DNA of 52,099 nucleotides, counting the filler, from Stramenopiles sp. TOSAG23-2 (lineage: Eukaryota), in NCBI GenBank assembly GCA_900128395.1. It is 3 parts of 3 records of this genome, joined end to end, with 100 filler letters (N's around TTAATTAATTAA, not from the genome) between each part and the next. Parts side by side here need not be neighbours in the genome. Positions count along the whole stretch, not along the records: positions 1 to 17,309 come from LT649650.1; 2 more parts are not named here. One strand, 5' to 3'. Shown here piece by piece: positions 1 to 10,540 of the stretch (position 1 is the stretch's first letter; each line of letters starts with the position of its first letter). Position numbers and translations under genes: made by a program. The notes beneath the pieces were generated by a model. That model had not been told where the DNA came from. It was given only the letters and a program-made list of their open reading frames with translations, and searched no databases.

Positions 1-2
1 AT

Positions 3-200
3 TATCGTAAAGAACGTGAAGTAAGGAGGCAACGTACGATGAATATGCATGAATTACAAATAAAAAATGGCGATGGAATTGATGAAGGAAAGGTAATGAT
101 GGAAGCTGAGGAGGAGGAGGAGGAGGAGGAGGAAAGTGATGGAGATGATAATACATTGAAATGGACAGAACAATTATCAGATAATACACAATTGTGTTAA
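3..200 (+). CDS. 3' end of a CDS entering from the left edge; acidic poly-Glu C-terminus, product unknown
   Basis: Frame 3 is open from the window edge (YRKEREVRRQRTMNMHELQIKNGDGIDEGKVMMEAEEEE...SDNTQLC) to TAA at 198-200, followed by AT-rich UTR-like sequence. Confidence 0.6.
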   Translation, partial: YRKEREVRRQRTMNMHELQIKNGDGIDEGKVMMEAEEEEEEEEESDGDDNTLKWTEQLSDNTQLC

Positions 201-610
201 AAAAGTTAAAAAAAAGAAATTGTGTGTTTTTTTTAAAAAGTCAGCACCCCTGGTCTATCACCCACACAATTATTTTTTACGAAGTTTGTAAAATTTTAAT
301 TTTTAATGAAGCAAATAAAATGACATATTTCATGTGTCGTCGTGTTTTTTTTAAATTTCACCACTTTTTTCTCAGGTGATGAGATAATATGATTATTTAT
401 AAAAATATAAAAATCTTATCGTTTATCATACCTTCTAATACTTCACAATCTCCAGTACTATAATGAAGAGACAATATTTCTCTCTTTGTTACAAACACTT
501 TCCATTTTTACAACGCAACATATTATCATATGGTATATATATATACATACATTATATATCTTTTCTTTTCTTCTTACCTTTCCTATTTTCCTTTCCTCTC
601 CCTCTTTTTC

Positions 611-856
611 TTACGATTCTGATTCATTTTTATCACCAGCTTCACCATCTTTTTTACCATCTTCATCATCTTCTACACCAGCTTGTGCCATTAATTCACC
701 AATAGATGCTTCCAACTCGTCAATACGACCACCCATTTCATCAATACGTCCTATAATTGCTTCTGACATTTGTTGAAAACGACCTTGCATTTGTTGCAAC
801 AATGATTGTACAAAGACGGTTAAATCTTGACTATTCTGTGGTGTTTCTTCCGACAT
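611..856 (-). CDS. HSBP1: Heat shock factor-binding protein 1
   Basis: 81 aa containing QDLTVFVQSLLQQMQGRFQQMSEAIIGRIDEMGGRIDELEASIGELMAQAGVE, the HSBP1 coiled-coil signature. Confidence 0.93.
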   Translation of the reverse strand: MSEETPQNSQDLTVFVQSLLQQMQGRFQQMSEAIIGRIDEMGGRIDELEASIGELMAQAGVEDDEDGKKDGEAGDKNESES

Positions 857-1211
857 TATTCAAAACTATTATTATTATTATTTTATACAAAATGTCACTA
901 ATAAAAAATGTTTATAATGATGATGTAATATTTTTTTAGAAAAAAAAAAATACACAAATTAAATTTCTCACAAACAAACACACAATGTACAAACGTGGTA
1001 TACAATATATATATGAAATATCAAAATAATTTGCACTTTATCTATAAATTCTGTGATTTATCTACTACTACATATATATATATATATACATCAATCAATT
1101 CTTTCATTAGTAGTACTTAGTTATTAGTAGTATTTCAAATTGTCGTTATTTAAAAATAATTTGTTATCATTTGTACTTAGTACTATACAAATAGATTCCT
1201 ATATAAAGACA

Positions 1212-1463
1212 TCCTATCAAATGATGCATAATTTATACTTGAAGGGGAAATTAGAATATCGAAAATATTAAAATTATCGATTTATTTCCTATCAAATGAC
1301 ACATAATTTATACTTGAAGGGGTAATTAGAATATCAGAAATATGAATTATCGATTTTTATTCCTATCAAAGGACACATAAGTTATACTTGAAAGGGAAAT
1401 TAGAATATCAGAAATATTAAAATTATCGATTTATTTCAATCAAATGACACATAATTTATACTT
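1212..1463. repeat. Imperfect tandem repeat, about 75-bp unit, about 3.3 copies
   Basis: Unit approx TCCTATCAAATGACACATAATTTATACTTGAAGGGGAAATTAGAATATCAGAAATATTAAAATTATCGATTTATT starts near 1212, 1287 and 1361, with a partial copy near 1436. The copies differ by several substitutions and indels. Confidence 0.9.
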
Positions 1464-1476
1464 TAACTTTAGGGAG

Positions 1477-1511
1477 CACCCAGCACCCAGCACCCAGCAC
1501 CCAGCACCCAG
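1477..1511. repeat. (CACCCAG)5 heptamer repeat
   Basis: Five perfect CACCCAG units in a row. Confidence 0.9.
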
Positions 1512-1536
1512 CCTGGGGGCCAGATAAATTTTAATT

Positions 1537-1726
1537 ACTGGCAATAGCTATTAGCATTACACAGCACTGAAATACCATATTTTGTGCTAAAAGCTATTGC
1601 CAGTTGACCGAAATTACAAAACTAATAGATTTGTGTCAATATAAATATCCGATATTAGCACTATCATAGCACCAAGTCTTTTCCAGATATAGTTAGAAAT
1701 AGGGTTCTGTCAATAGCTATTGCCAG
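1537..1726. promoter_or_regulatory. Cluster of palindromic CTGGCAATAGCTATTGCCAG-type sites (candidate protein-binding sites)
   Basis: 1537-1556 and 1585-1604 form a 20-bp inverted repeat with 1 mismatch. 1707-1726 (CTGTCAATAGCTATTGCCAG) is a near-perfect palindrome of the same sequence. Function is inferred. Confidence 0.45.
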
Positions 1727-2084
1727 TCGGGGCCACACGACGCTCAGGAGAAAAATAGTCGGAACACACGACGTACCTGAGAACTATATCGCTGCCATAC
1801 TGTATATGCGAATAGCATAGCGGGGTTTCCTCAGTACCTGAGAACCACTCAAAACCACCACTTCAAGTAAGCCATTACATGCACACAGCACTAAATCTAC
1901 CAATTTGATTAGGCTTAATTTCTGAATTGTGCAATTATAATCTTAATAAACATACAAACATATGTACATATAGACATATTAAATACATATGTCACATAGT
2001 CATGTATACATACATATATAACAAAGATATCAGATGGTTTGATTATGATTGATATATTCTTTCCATCCAACAAAGAAAGTATAA

Positions 2085-2245
2085 AGTGTGTTGATATATT
2101 CCCATAATAGAGAATACCAATGAAGGTGAAATAGATGGTGGTACTCGTAGCAGTTGATGAAAAACGAACATCATGTAGGATACGAGTAGTTGATACCCTA
2201 GTCTATTTACCTTCATTGATATTCTCTCTGGTATATCAACACACT
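2085..2245. ncRNA. Long imperfect hairpin, candidate structured ncRNA or miRNA-like precursor
   Basis: Nested stems: AGTGTGTTGATATA/TATATCAACACACT, AGAGAATA-CAATGAAGGT-AAATAGA/TCTATTT-ACCTTCATTG-TATTCTCT, TACTCGTA/TACGAGTA and TGATG/CATCA closing a 9-nt loop. Non-coding context; transcription not shown. Confidence 0.4.
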
Positions 2246-2509
2246 AGTGTGTGAGATAGATTATATATATCAATTATTGTACGTTCGTATTCTTTTGAAG
2301 AGTACAGGAATTATTATATATGAGTAAATTATATTTATGATGGTTAAAATCTAAGTTATAATAATTTTACACTTCTCGCGTGTTAAGTATATGAGTAAAT
2401 TAAAAAATAAATTATGCGTAAACTTAATACGAATATATTTTAATAAAAACTATATTTGATTACACACTCTAAAAGTTTCGTTACAATGTCTCACACACCT
2501 CTCTCCTTT

Positions 2510-5500
2510 TTATTTTTTTCGGCTTCCAGCCGGTGGTGACGATTTACCTTTTTCTAATCGTACACGTAACATTTGCATATTATCATCTACCCCATCCAAA
2601 AACTTTAATTGTTTTGCTTTTAATTGTTCTATTTTTGCTTTTGCCTCATTTAACTGCTTCATAGTCTTTATACCAATCCTTTTACTTGCTTCCAACTGGC
2701 GATCTTTATCAGCCAATTGTTTGAATAGTTGTTGAGATACAACAGATTGCGACACATCTTTTTTTGAGATCCTCTCTAAATCATCGAGTTGGTTTTTTGT
2801 GACTTTCATTAACTCCTCACTTCGATGAAGCATTGCCTTTAATGCAGAAGCCTCTTCGTCTTTCTTCGCCAAAGCACTTTTAAAAAGATTTAATTCTAAT
2901 TCGATTGTTTCCTTAGAGGTAGAAAGTCCTACATTCTGTTCTTTTAAGCTTTCGATATCTTTTTCCAATTCGTCTCTTTTACTTTTCACAGAATGTAAAT
3001 GCATTTTATTTCCGTATATAATTTCGAGATGATCTTTGCTTAATGCCAATAATGATGACTTTAATTCATTCTGTTCATCCAAAATTGACTTAAAATCATT
3101 TTGCGTAATTCCAAAAAGTTTATTTAATTCAAGATGATTCTGGCTAATTAGCAAGAGCTGGTCTTTAATGGTATCAATTAAATATTTCATTTTATATTGA
3201 TAATGTCGCTTCGAATATTGAAATTTTCGCATCATAATAGTATGATATCTCCAAATAGAAAATCCTTTTTTTTTTGATCGTGAAACATAACGAGGAATTA
3301 GATTCACAAATGATTTCAAAATAGCCCTAGACAATTTATTTTCAATATGACTCACCTTAGTGTGTAAAGTAAAAACTGCACTCTCGTATCGTTGTTTCTG
3401 CTCGGACGATGACCGTTCATGATCATCTTTCAGGCGATTAACATGCATCGTTTTTTCTGTCTTCAGTTCTTGTATTTGTAAAAGTGCATTGTTGTGTTTT
3501 TGATGGAGAAAATCATGCACCGCTTTATACTTCATTCCTTCCTCCACAGTTGCTCTCATATTCATTATTTCACCTCTACTTTCAGCTAGCATTTTATTCT
3601 TCTCTTCAATCAAAATCTGAAAATCAGATTGATTTTTTTTTATGTTGTCCTCTTTTTCCTCTAGAACGCTTTGCAAGCGTTGCTTTTCTAATTCAGCCCT
3701 CCGTCTAATATCTTCAAGTTGCTGTGAAACGTCATTCACCTTTTCCTGCGATGTATTTAATTGCTGTTGAAGCGCTGAAATGCTCTGCAATGCCGCTTCC
3801 AGACGTCTATCCTTATCTCTCAAATTATCCTGTATAATTTGTGTTTCGCCACTTTTCTTTTCCAAATCTTTCAAAAACTTTAGCTCCAGTTCATTCATTT
3901 GTTTTGATGCTACTCGCGATAGCAGCGTCATCTTACCTTCTAGTTTTGTGACTTCTTGCATATGTCGCGTTTCATTCTGTTTACTTTCTTCCTCTAAAGT
4001 TTTAATCTTTTCGCGTACTTCTATTTCTTTTTGTTCAATTTGCTGCTCTACAGCGATGATTTTTTCATGAGCTTCTTTCCTCCTCAACGAATCATTTACG
4101 TAACGCCATTTGGTCATAGCTAGTAGATATCGTTGTTTCGATACAATCATAGACATTCGAACCACACAACGGCGTCCAATGCTATCCTGTATCCAAATAT
4201 CATGCCATCTCTTAAAACCAAGTCGTAAATATGTTGTACTTTTACGGATTAAAATACTTCGCACGAAACTTTTACACTTTAACACAAATTTCGTATGTAA
4301 TATCCAATTATTCATCATTTTATTCATAATACTATATTTTTTGCCAGTAATTACATTTTTTAATAATCGCATTTTCTGTAAATTTGTAGTTTCTAAATAT
4401 CTCATTTTTTCTGTACAGTGTTTCCACCATGAAAATACTTTTCTACCACAAACATTACGAAGCAAAAAAAACATTCGGCTCAAAATATATCTCGTGGATT
4501 TTATATGCATTGAATATTTGCGCCATTCGTGAAAACATTTTCGTTGATTTAATCTTTCAAGATAATGTAGATGAAATAAGACAACGCGATCTTGCCCTGA
4601 TATTTTATCAGAAAATGCTCGATGATTGTGTACAAATCTTTTCCATAATCGTACTGCTGAACGACATATTGTTATGCGACTAGTTTGCATTAAACGTATT
4701 ACTCTTAAACGATGATGTTTACGATTACTTGTATAATACATCCAACTTGACATGCATTTAGACAATACTGATTTCTTCAGTATGTTTAAACGATTTTTTA
4801 AAAAATGTTTAATATGTTGCTTGCGTACAGTTTGCACAACGTTTACATACTTCGTATTTAGATTTGTTACCATCTCTAGATGTTGACGACGAATGATCTT
4901 TTCTTTCCATATGGTAAAACAATATTTCAATTTTTTTGATTCCTTTGACTTTTTCCTATATGCGGCAACCAATTGGTGCTTACGACGGATTGCTGTCGTA
5001 TGCCCAAACCAAGTAGTTATATTTTTCAATGTAGACCATGCCCGCATTAAAAGATCACGGCGTTTCCATTTAAATAGTTCTAAAATCGTACGGCGTTTTC
5101 GCATGTCATTGGAAACAAAATCTTTCCAAGCTCGAATCAGCTTTCGCAGTTTTTTCTTCTTTAACTGACGCCAAGTAGAAATGGCAATCATTAATTGCTT
5201 CTTATTGTGTATTGCCTGGTGCTGATCACGAACACTTTGGCGATGCCAAAAATGAAACGACAAAAACAGCTGGCGACGAAAGTGATTACCAAATATATGA
5301 CTACACAATACCCGCTTATATTTCCGTTTCTGGCTATATTTATACCATCTAGAAAAACTATATTTTCGACGTATGTGATTGTAATTAGTAAAGATACGAG
5401 ACACAGATTTATCACGATTTCGTTGTAGACGCAACGATAGCACGTTTTCACGCCATATGCGAAGAATACGAGATTTATTTAAATTGGTCCAATATTTATA

Positions 5501-8500
5501 ATATTTTCTTCTTAATTTATCCATTGTCGTTTGAAATTTACTTTCAATTATTGATTTCTCCTTCTTCGCATTTTCCAACAATAATTCGGTATCTTTACTA
5601 TAATTATCGAGTTTCGAGGCATTTTCATTGGTCATAAGATTGAAAGCCCTAACATGTTGATTTGTGAGTTTTTTCACCGCTACTTCATACTCAACTTCCA
5701 ATGCTTCTATTGCTAACCTATGGCTATCTTCTGTTGCCTTATACTTGTTAGCATAATCATTTTTTAAAACATTTATTTCATTTGCGTGACTGGCTTTAGT
5801 GTCCAATTCTTTCTGCAACGACTTTCGACGAACTTCATCAAGAACAGATTCATTAACTACAAACTTCCATCTTCGCATACCTTTCAACAGAAAACCTTTA
5901 ATCAAACGCAAACAAACGTTTCTAATTATAGAAATTTGTTTCTTTTTAAAGCTAATGGATTTTTTGATTGAAGTGTACCATGACGTATAGTACATGGATA
6001 ATATCCTCTGACGATCATTTAACAAATATTTAAAACATTTTGCTCTTAGGTTCTTATTTTGCCCTTTTAATAAGTTGTATTGTAGTTCCAATTTGCTATG
6101 AAGAGTTGAAGACCATTCACTGCTACTTTTTTCGTCTCCTAAAAAGTCTCGTTCCTCTGTTACTTTTGATAAATTTAAATTCGTTTCCTGAATTTCTTTC
6201 TTCATGTTTTTATTGTCGTTTAATATATTCTGCATCCGATTGTTTAGTATTGTTATTTGCTGTTGGCAGTCTTTTTCCTTGTATGCAAAGTTATCGCGTT
6301 CCTCCTGTAGTTCATAAATTCTGTTGTTCATACGATCTCTTTCGCTTTTTAATTTGACATTATCTTCTTGTGATTTTAACACTCGTTGATTTAATGTTTC
6401 ATTTTTATTCAATAATTCTTTCGCTTTAACTTCAAGACCTTCGATAATCTCATTGCTTTGACTAGAATTTAAGTGCGCTTTACCCTTCTCTTTTCTCAGA
6501 TCTGAAATTTCTTTTGCTTTTTTCATTAAACGTTGTTGCAAAAGCGATATTGCATTTAAATTTTCGTTCTTAATATTCTTTAGATTATCACGTTCTTCCA
6601 CAATTTTAGACATTTTTAAATGCAAATTTTCCTTTTCCTTGGTGGATATTTCTTGCTCGTTTACTAGCCTTTCAAGTTGCTTATTTAAAGACGCAATCGT
6701 AAATTCATTTTCCCTCCCCACATGATTTAAATGCTTATTATCTTCCTTCATTTTTGAAAACATGTTACTTGTATTATGCCTTTCTTCTTTCAGGTTCAGA
6801 TTTTCTTCTAAAAGCTTGTCTAATTTATCATTGAAAACGCGTATTTTATTGCGAAAACTTTTTTCTCCTTCATCTAAAACATCTCGTTCTATCGTAACCT
6901 TGTTGAAATTCAACTCAATCATATCTTTTTCTTCTTTTAATTTATTGTGAACTTCAGTTAGCCGCTCCAATCGTTCTTTCAGTTGTGTGGCTTTAACACT
7001 AAGTTCTTGTCCTTTTTCAGTACTCATGTTTCTTTCATTAGTAACTATATACAAATTATTGCTTATATTATCTTGATCCTTTTTCAATTTTATATTCTCT
7101 ACATTTAACTGGTGTAAACGGCTTTTTAACATGTTTACTTTGCTGTTTGCTTCGTGGTCACATGCTTCCAACTCATGCTTCAGGATTACTATTTGCTGCT
7201 CATAATTCATAGTTTTTGCTTCTTCAGCCGCTAATTTTTCTGTTACATTTTCCAGCTCTACGTGATATTTTTTATTCAATGATGCAATTGTTTCTTGAAA
7301 TTTCGCCCTCTCATCGTGAACCAGCTTTGTCTTTAACTCTTGCGTTTCATCTAATATGCGTTTTTCATATTCGTGAATCAAATCTTGGATTTTGATTTCA
7401 TTTGATCGTTTCAATTCTTTCACTTGCGATTCCAACGATGATTTTTCAAGCTTACTTTTGCGTTTCAAATCGTCCAATTCATTGCGAAGAATTACTATTT
7501 CAGTCTCGTAGCGCTCCGAAACATTTCGTCTAATCGATAAACTTTGATCGTGACTTTCTTTCATATGTTTCTCTCGACTCAAAGATAATTCAGCATATGC
7601 TTTGTCATGTTCTTTTTGTAAAGCTTTGTACTCGTCCAAGTGCTTTTGCTTCATTTCTTTTGTGTTTTCTTGATACAAGTTTTCATTTTCCTTTATGGCA
7701 CTTGTCAAACTCTCGTTACTTTCTTGGAATGATGTAATTTCCTTATTATGTGTCTTTGAAATTTCTTCAATTTGTTCGTTGTATTTCTTCTTAATTTTCT
7801 CTATGTTGACACTGTTCTCTGAACGTTCATTCCGTATTTTTTTATTCAAATTAGCAATTTCATCACGTGATTCTCTTAAGTTATTTTCATGCTTGCGAGA
7901 CAGGGTTTCCAATTCGTTTATATGACGATTACGCAAATTCTGTAAATGTGAATTTAATCCATTTTTTTCATCAGCAACTTTGGATTGGAAATTTTTGAAT
8001 TCAGCTAGAAGCGCTTGGTATGTGTCACTTTTTTCCTGTCGATCTTTATTTGATTTATCCCTGTCCTCTTTTCTCAGTTCTCTTAATTTATTTAATTCTT
8101 TTTGGAAACTATTATTTTCATAGGCTAGTATCTTATTTCGCTCCATATAACTCAAATAACGATTAGCTGTTTTCCATTTCGTGAAATAAACGTGAATTTT
8201 AGACGAAACCGCTTTTCTTAAAAGCAGCGACACATTTTTTAAACAGACATTTCGAATGGTAACACGATTGCCTCTTATAATTTCATTAGCTGCCATTAGG
8301 TCTACCTGATGTAAATTACCTTTTTCTAAAATTTCAACCATCTTCTCATTCATTTCTTCAATTTTTTCCTCTTTCTGCTTCACTTGCCGTTTCCTCTCTT
8401 CTAGCTTCTCTTTTAATAACGTTATTTCAACGCTAGAAGTATTCGCTAATTCAAGTCTTGAATCTGCTAAATTTTGTAAGTCATACGCAGCTTTTTTTAA

Positions 8501-9673
8501 CTCAACAATTTGTTCCTCCCTTTTAGTAAGTCTTTCCTGAACCATGCCAGCTTCAAGTTCCATATCATTCGCATTTTCAAATTTCGTTACTGATAAATTA
8601 GCCATATCATCCATCGTTTGTTGCATAGATAAATCCTTTGCTGCTATTAATTTTTCATATTTGCTACGTTCTAACTCTAATTGCTTCGAATGTATTTCGG
8701 CAACATGTTTCAAACGCTGTTCTTGCTCAAGCGTTAATTTACGTATAGTTTCCTCCGAACCATGAGCTTGCCCTTTTAACAATGCAACATCAACAAGCTC
8801 CTTACATTGATTTTTTATTTTTTCAGATTGTTCCAGACGATTCTTTTCCCACTCCTTCATTTGTTCTACATGCATTTTGTTCTTATTTTTTAATTTTGTT
8901 ATTTCAATCAGGTATCTTTTTTCGTCTTCTCCGAATTTACCTTTCATGGTTGAAATAGTTAAATTTGCTTTATCGATGACATTTAACATCTCTTTCATAC
9001 GTGATTTATGTTTTTGTAATTTATTTATTAATATACGTTCCTTTTCACTTTGTTGGTCTACAATGTTATTATTAATATCATTTACAACCCCATCTTCTTC
9101 AGCAACGGCTAGCTTCTGATCTTGCTGTTCGTCTAATCGCATCGTTATGGCAAAGGATTGTGTTATTAATTTTGTTTCTAACCTTTGCAACATGACTTTA
9201 TACTCTAAAATGTCATTTTCATAAGACTCTGCTTGTCGCTGTAACTCTATTTGCTTCTCTGTATTTAAGGTTGCAAGTTTAGCATCTAGTTCTTCTTCCA
9301 TTAATTTATGTGCACCGCAAGTGCAATAATGAGAGCTTTGCATTGCCATCTTAGTGTAGGTGCGTTGTTTTTGGTGCTGTAATGTATATTCTAAACCATT
9401 GGTATTATTGATATGATTCGTATCGTTCTTCTCATATCGTGTGTAAAAAGTAGGTGATGATGCTGATAACGATATCCTTGAGGATGTAAATAAATTTCTA
9501 AAAGTGTTGCTAGTATCTTCATTTGTTGGACTTCCACTTTGGTTCCCACGTTTATTATTATTTGATATAGCACTATTGGATAGTAAATCGTCAGCATTTA
9601 ACATTCCACGAACTACTTCATCCTCCGCAAAGGATGGATTTGTCATATCATTTCTGATATTGTTCGATGACAT
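2510..9673 (-). CDS. Giant coiled-coil protein (2387 aa) with a central block of Sfi1-like Trp repeats; probable centrosomal or basal-body scaffold
   Basis: Uninterrupted ORF. E/K/L/Q heptad-rich N- and C-terminal regions flank a basic segment (about 4090-6030) with periodic F/L-x-x-W motifs (LLKGMRRWKF, SFSRWYKY, CFHEWRKY, VFSWWKH). Confidence 0.75.
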   Translation of the reverse strand: MSSNNIRNDMTNPSFAEDEVVRGMLNADDLLSNSAISNNNKRGNQSGSPTNEDTSNTFRNLFTSSRISLSASSPTFYTRYEKNDTNHINNTNGLEYTLQHQKQRTYTKMAMQSSHYCTCGAHKLMEEELDAKLATLNTEKQIELQRQAESYENDILEYKVMLQRLETKLITQSFAITMRLDEQQDQKLAVAEEDGVVNDINNNIVDQQSEKERILINKLQKHKSRMKEMLNVIDKANLTISTMKGKFGEDEKRYLIEITKLKNKNKMHVEQMKEWEKNRLEQSEKIKNQCKELVDVALLKGQAHGSEETIRKLTLEQEQRLKHVAEIHSKQLELERSKYEKLIAAKDLSMQQTMDDMANLSVTKFENANDMELEAGMVQERLTKREEQIVELKKAAYDLQNLADSRLELANTSSVEITLLKEKLEERKRQVKQKEEKIEEMNEKMVEILEKGNLHQVDLMAANEIIRGNRVTIRNVCLKNVSLLLRKAVSSKIHVYFTKWKTANRYLSYMERNKILAYENNSFQKELNKLRELRKEDRDKSNKDRQEKSDTYQALLAEFKNFQSKVADEKNGLNSHLQNLRNRHINELETLSRKHENNLRESRDEIANLNKKIRNERSENSVNIEKIKKKYNEQIEEISKTHNKEITSFQESNESLTSAIKENENLYQENTKEMKQKHLDEYKALQKEHDKAYAELSLSREKHMKESHDQSLSIRRNVSERYETEIVILRNELDDLKRKSKLEKSSLESQVKELKRSNEIKIQDLIHEYEKRILDETQELKTKLVHDERAKFQETIASLNKKYHVELENVTEKLAAEEAKTMNYEQQIVILKHELEACDHEANSKVNMLKSRLHQLNVENIKLKKDQDNISNNLYIVTNERNMSTEKGQELSVKATQLKERLERLTEVHNKLKEEKDMIELNFNKVTIERDVLDEGEKSFRNKIRVFNDKLDKLLEENLNLKEERHNTSNMFSKMKEDNKHLNHVGRENEFTIASLNKQLERLVNEQEISTKEKENLHLKMSKIVEERDNLKNIKNENLNAISLLQQRLMKKAKEISDLRKEKGKAHLNSSQSNEIIEGLEVKAKELLNKNETLNQRVLKSQEDNVKLKSERDRMNNRIYELQEERDNFAYKEKDCQQQITILNNRMQNILNDNKNMKKEIQETNLNLSKVTEERDFLGDEKSSSEWSSTLHSKLELQYNLLKGQNKNLRAKCFKYLLNDRQRILSMYYTSWYTSIKKSISFKKKQISIIRNVCLRLIKGFLLKGMRRWKFVVNESVLDEVRRKSLQKELDTKASHANEINVLKNDYANKYKATEDSHRLAIEALEVEYEVAVKKLTNQHVRAFNLMTNENASKLDNYSKDTELLLENAKKEKSIIESKFQTTMDKLRRKYYKYWTNLNKSRILRIWRENVLSLRLQRNRDKSVSRIFTNYNHIRRKYSFSRWYKYSQKRKYKRVLCSHIFGNHFRRQLFLSFHFWHRQSVRDQHQAIHNKKQLMIAISTWRQLKKKKLRKLIRAWKDFVSNDMRKRRTILELFKWKRRDLLMRAWSTLKNITTWFGHTTAIRRKHQLVAAYRKKSKESKKLKYCFTIWKEKIIRRQHLEMVTNLNTKYVNVVQTVRKQHIKHFLKNRLNILKKSVLSKCMSSWMYYTSNRKHHRLRVIRLMQTSRITICRSAVRLWKRFVHNHRAFSDKISGQDRVVLFHLHYLERLNQRKCFHEWRKYSMHIKSTRYILSRMFFLLRNVCGRKVFSWWKHCTEKMRYLETTNLQKMRLLKNVITGKKYSIMNKMMNNWILHTKFVLKCKSFVRSILIRKSTTYLRLGFKRWHDIWIQDSIGRRCVVRMSMIVSKQRYLLAMTKWRYVNDSLRRKEAHEKIIAVEQQIEQKEIEVREKIKTLEEESKQNETRHMQEVTKLEGKMTLLSRVASKQMNELELKFLKDLEKKSGETQIIQDNLRDKDRRLEAALQSISALQQQLNTSQEKVNDVSQQLEDIRRRAELEKQRLQSVLEEKEDNIKKNQSDFQILIEEKNKMLAESRGEIMNMRATVEEGMKYKAVHDFLHQKHNNALLQIQELKTEKTMHVNRLKDDHERSSSEQKQRYESAVFTLHTKVSHIENKLSRAILKSFVNLIPRYVSRSKKKGFSIWRYHTIMMRKFQYSKRHYQYKMKYLIDTIKDQLLLISQNHLELNKLFGITQNDFKSILDEQNELKSSLLALSKDHLEIIYGNKMHLHSVKSKRDELEKDIESLKEQNVGLSTSKETIELELNLFKSALAKKDEEASALKAMLHRSEELMKVTKNQLDDLERISKKDVSQSVVSQQLFKQLADKDRQLEASKRIGIKTMKQLNEAKAKIEQLKAKQLKFLDGVDDNMQMLRVRLEKGKSSPPAGSRKK

Positions 9674-10540
9674 AGCCGTCTATTATATTATGGGTATCTA
9701 TTTATAAACTATTATTTTATATTTGTTATATTTTCAAAATCTGCTCAGCAAACAAAATACTATTTCATTCCATAATATGATGGATTATAATATGTTATTG
9801 AATAATGATTTTATTGCAGCAATGATTTATTTGTGTGGGATCAGTTTCTACAACATCAATATGCGTCTTAATTAGTCTTGAAACAACGTATAATATTGGG
9901 TTCCTTTATCTTACTATTGTTTTCCTTTTTTGAATAATCCATATTTAATTATTAGATACATATTTATACAGTAATAATTTTTTCAACAAAATTCTATACA
10001 GGTACCAAGTAAGAAGAAGAAAAAAAAAAAAAAAAATGATGAAGAAAGAAGTCGTCTAAGTCTTTGTTGTTTTGTGCGCCTCTGGTTGTATTATACTGGG
10101 TACCTGTACTTGTTATACTACGTAAGTACCATTTTATTATTATAGAACTAAACTCTCTAAAAAAATAAATGAAAAATTTTCGATATGCATGTATTATTAA
10201 TATTGGCTCAGTCACTGTATTCTTTTGAGAGTATGACACGAACACGTTCGTAGGAATTGTCATGTGTGGGTATCATAGAAATAAAAAATTAAAATAGCGT
10301 GTTACATTTTATTTATTTTATAAGAAGTAATAAAGAGTACGAGACGTAAGTAAAAATATTAAAAATAAATTGTAAAATTATGAGTTATTAATATTAAATA
10401 CGAACGCTTCGTATTAAATATACTTCGTATAACTTATGCTTATGTGCGCACATAATTTATTGCCATTATCCATGGGTACAAATATTGCAAAGACAAAAAA
10501 GAAAAAAAGCGCGCACGCACACACACACATACGAAATATT

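Noticed and set aside
1212-1463. Possible CRISPR array
   Set aside because: Whole units repeat with no unique spacers, there are no cas genes, and the context is eukaryotic.
1477-1511. (CACCCAG)5 as a telomeric repeat
   Set aside because: Short, internal and not a telomere unit I recognise.
9994-10263. 89-aa minus-strand ORF between the two large genes
   Set aside because: Ends in a homopolymer-derived poly-Phe run, has no recognisable motif, and lies in probable UTR or promoter DNA.
10418-10445. loxP-like half site (ACTTCGTATA followed by ACTTATGC)
   Set aside because: The second arm is absent; a chance match among local TTCGTA motifs.
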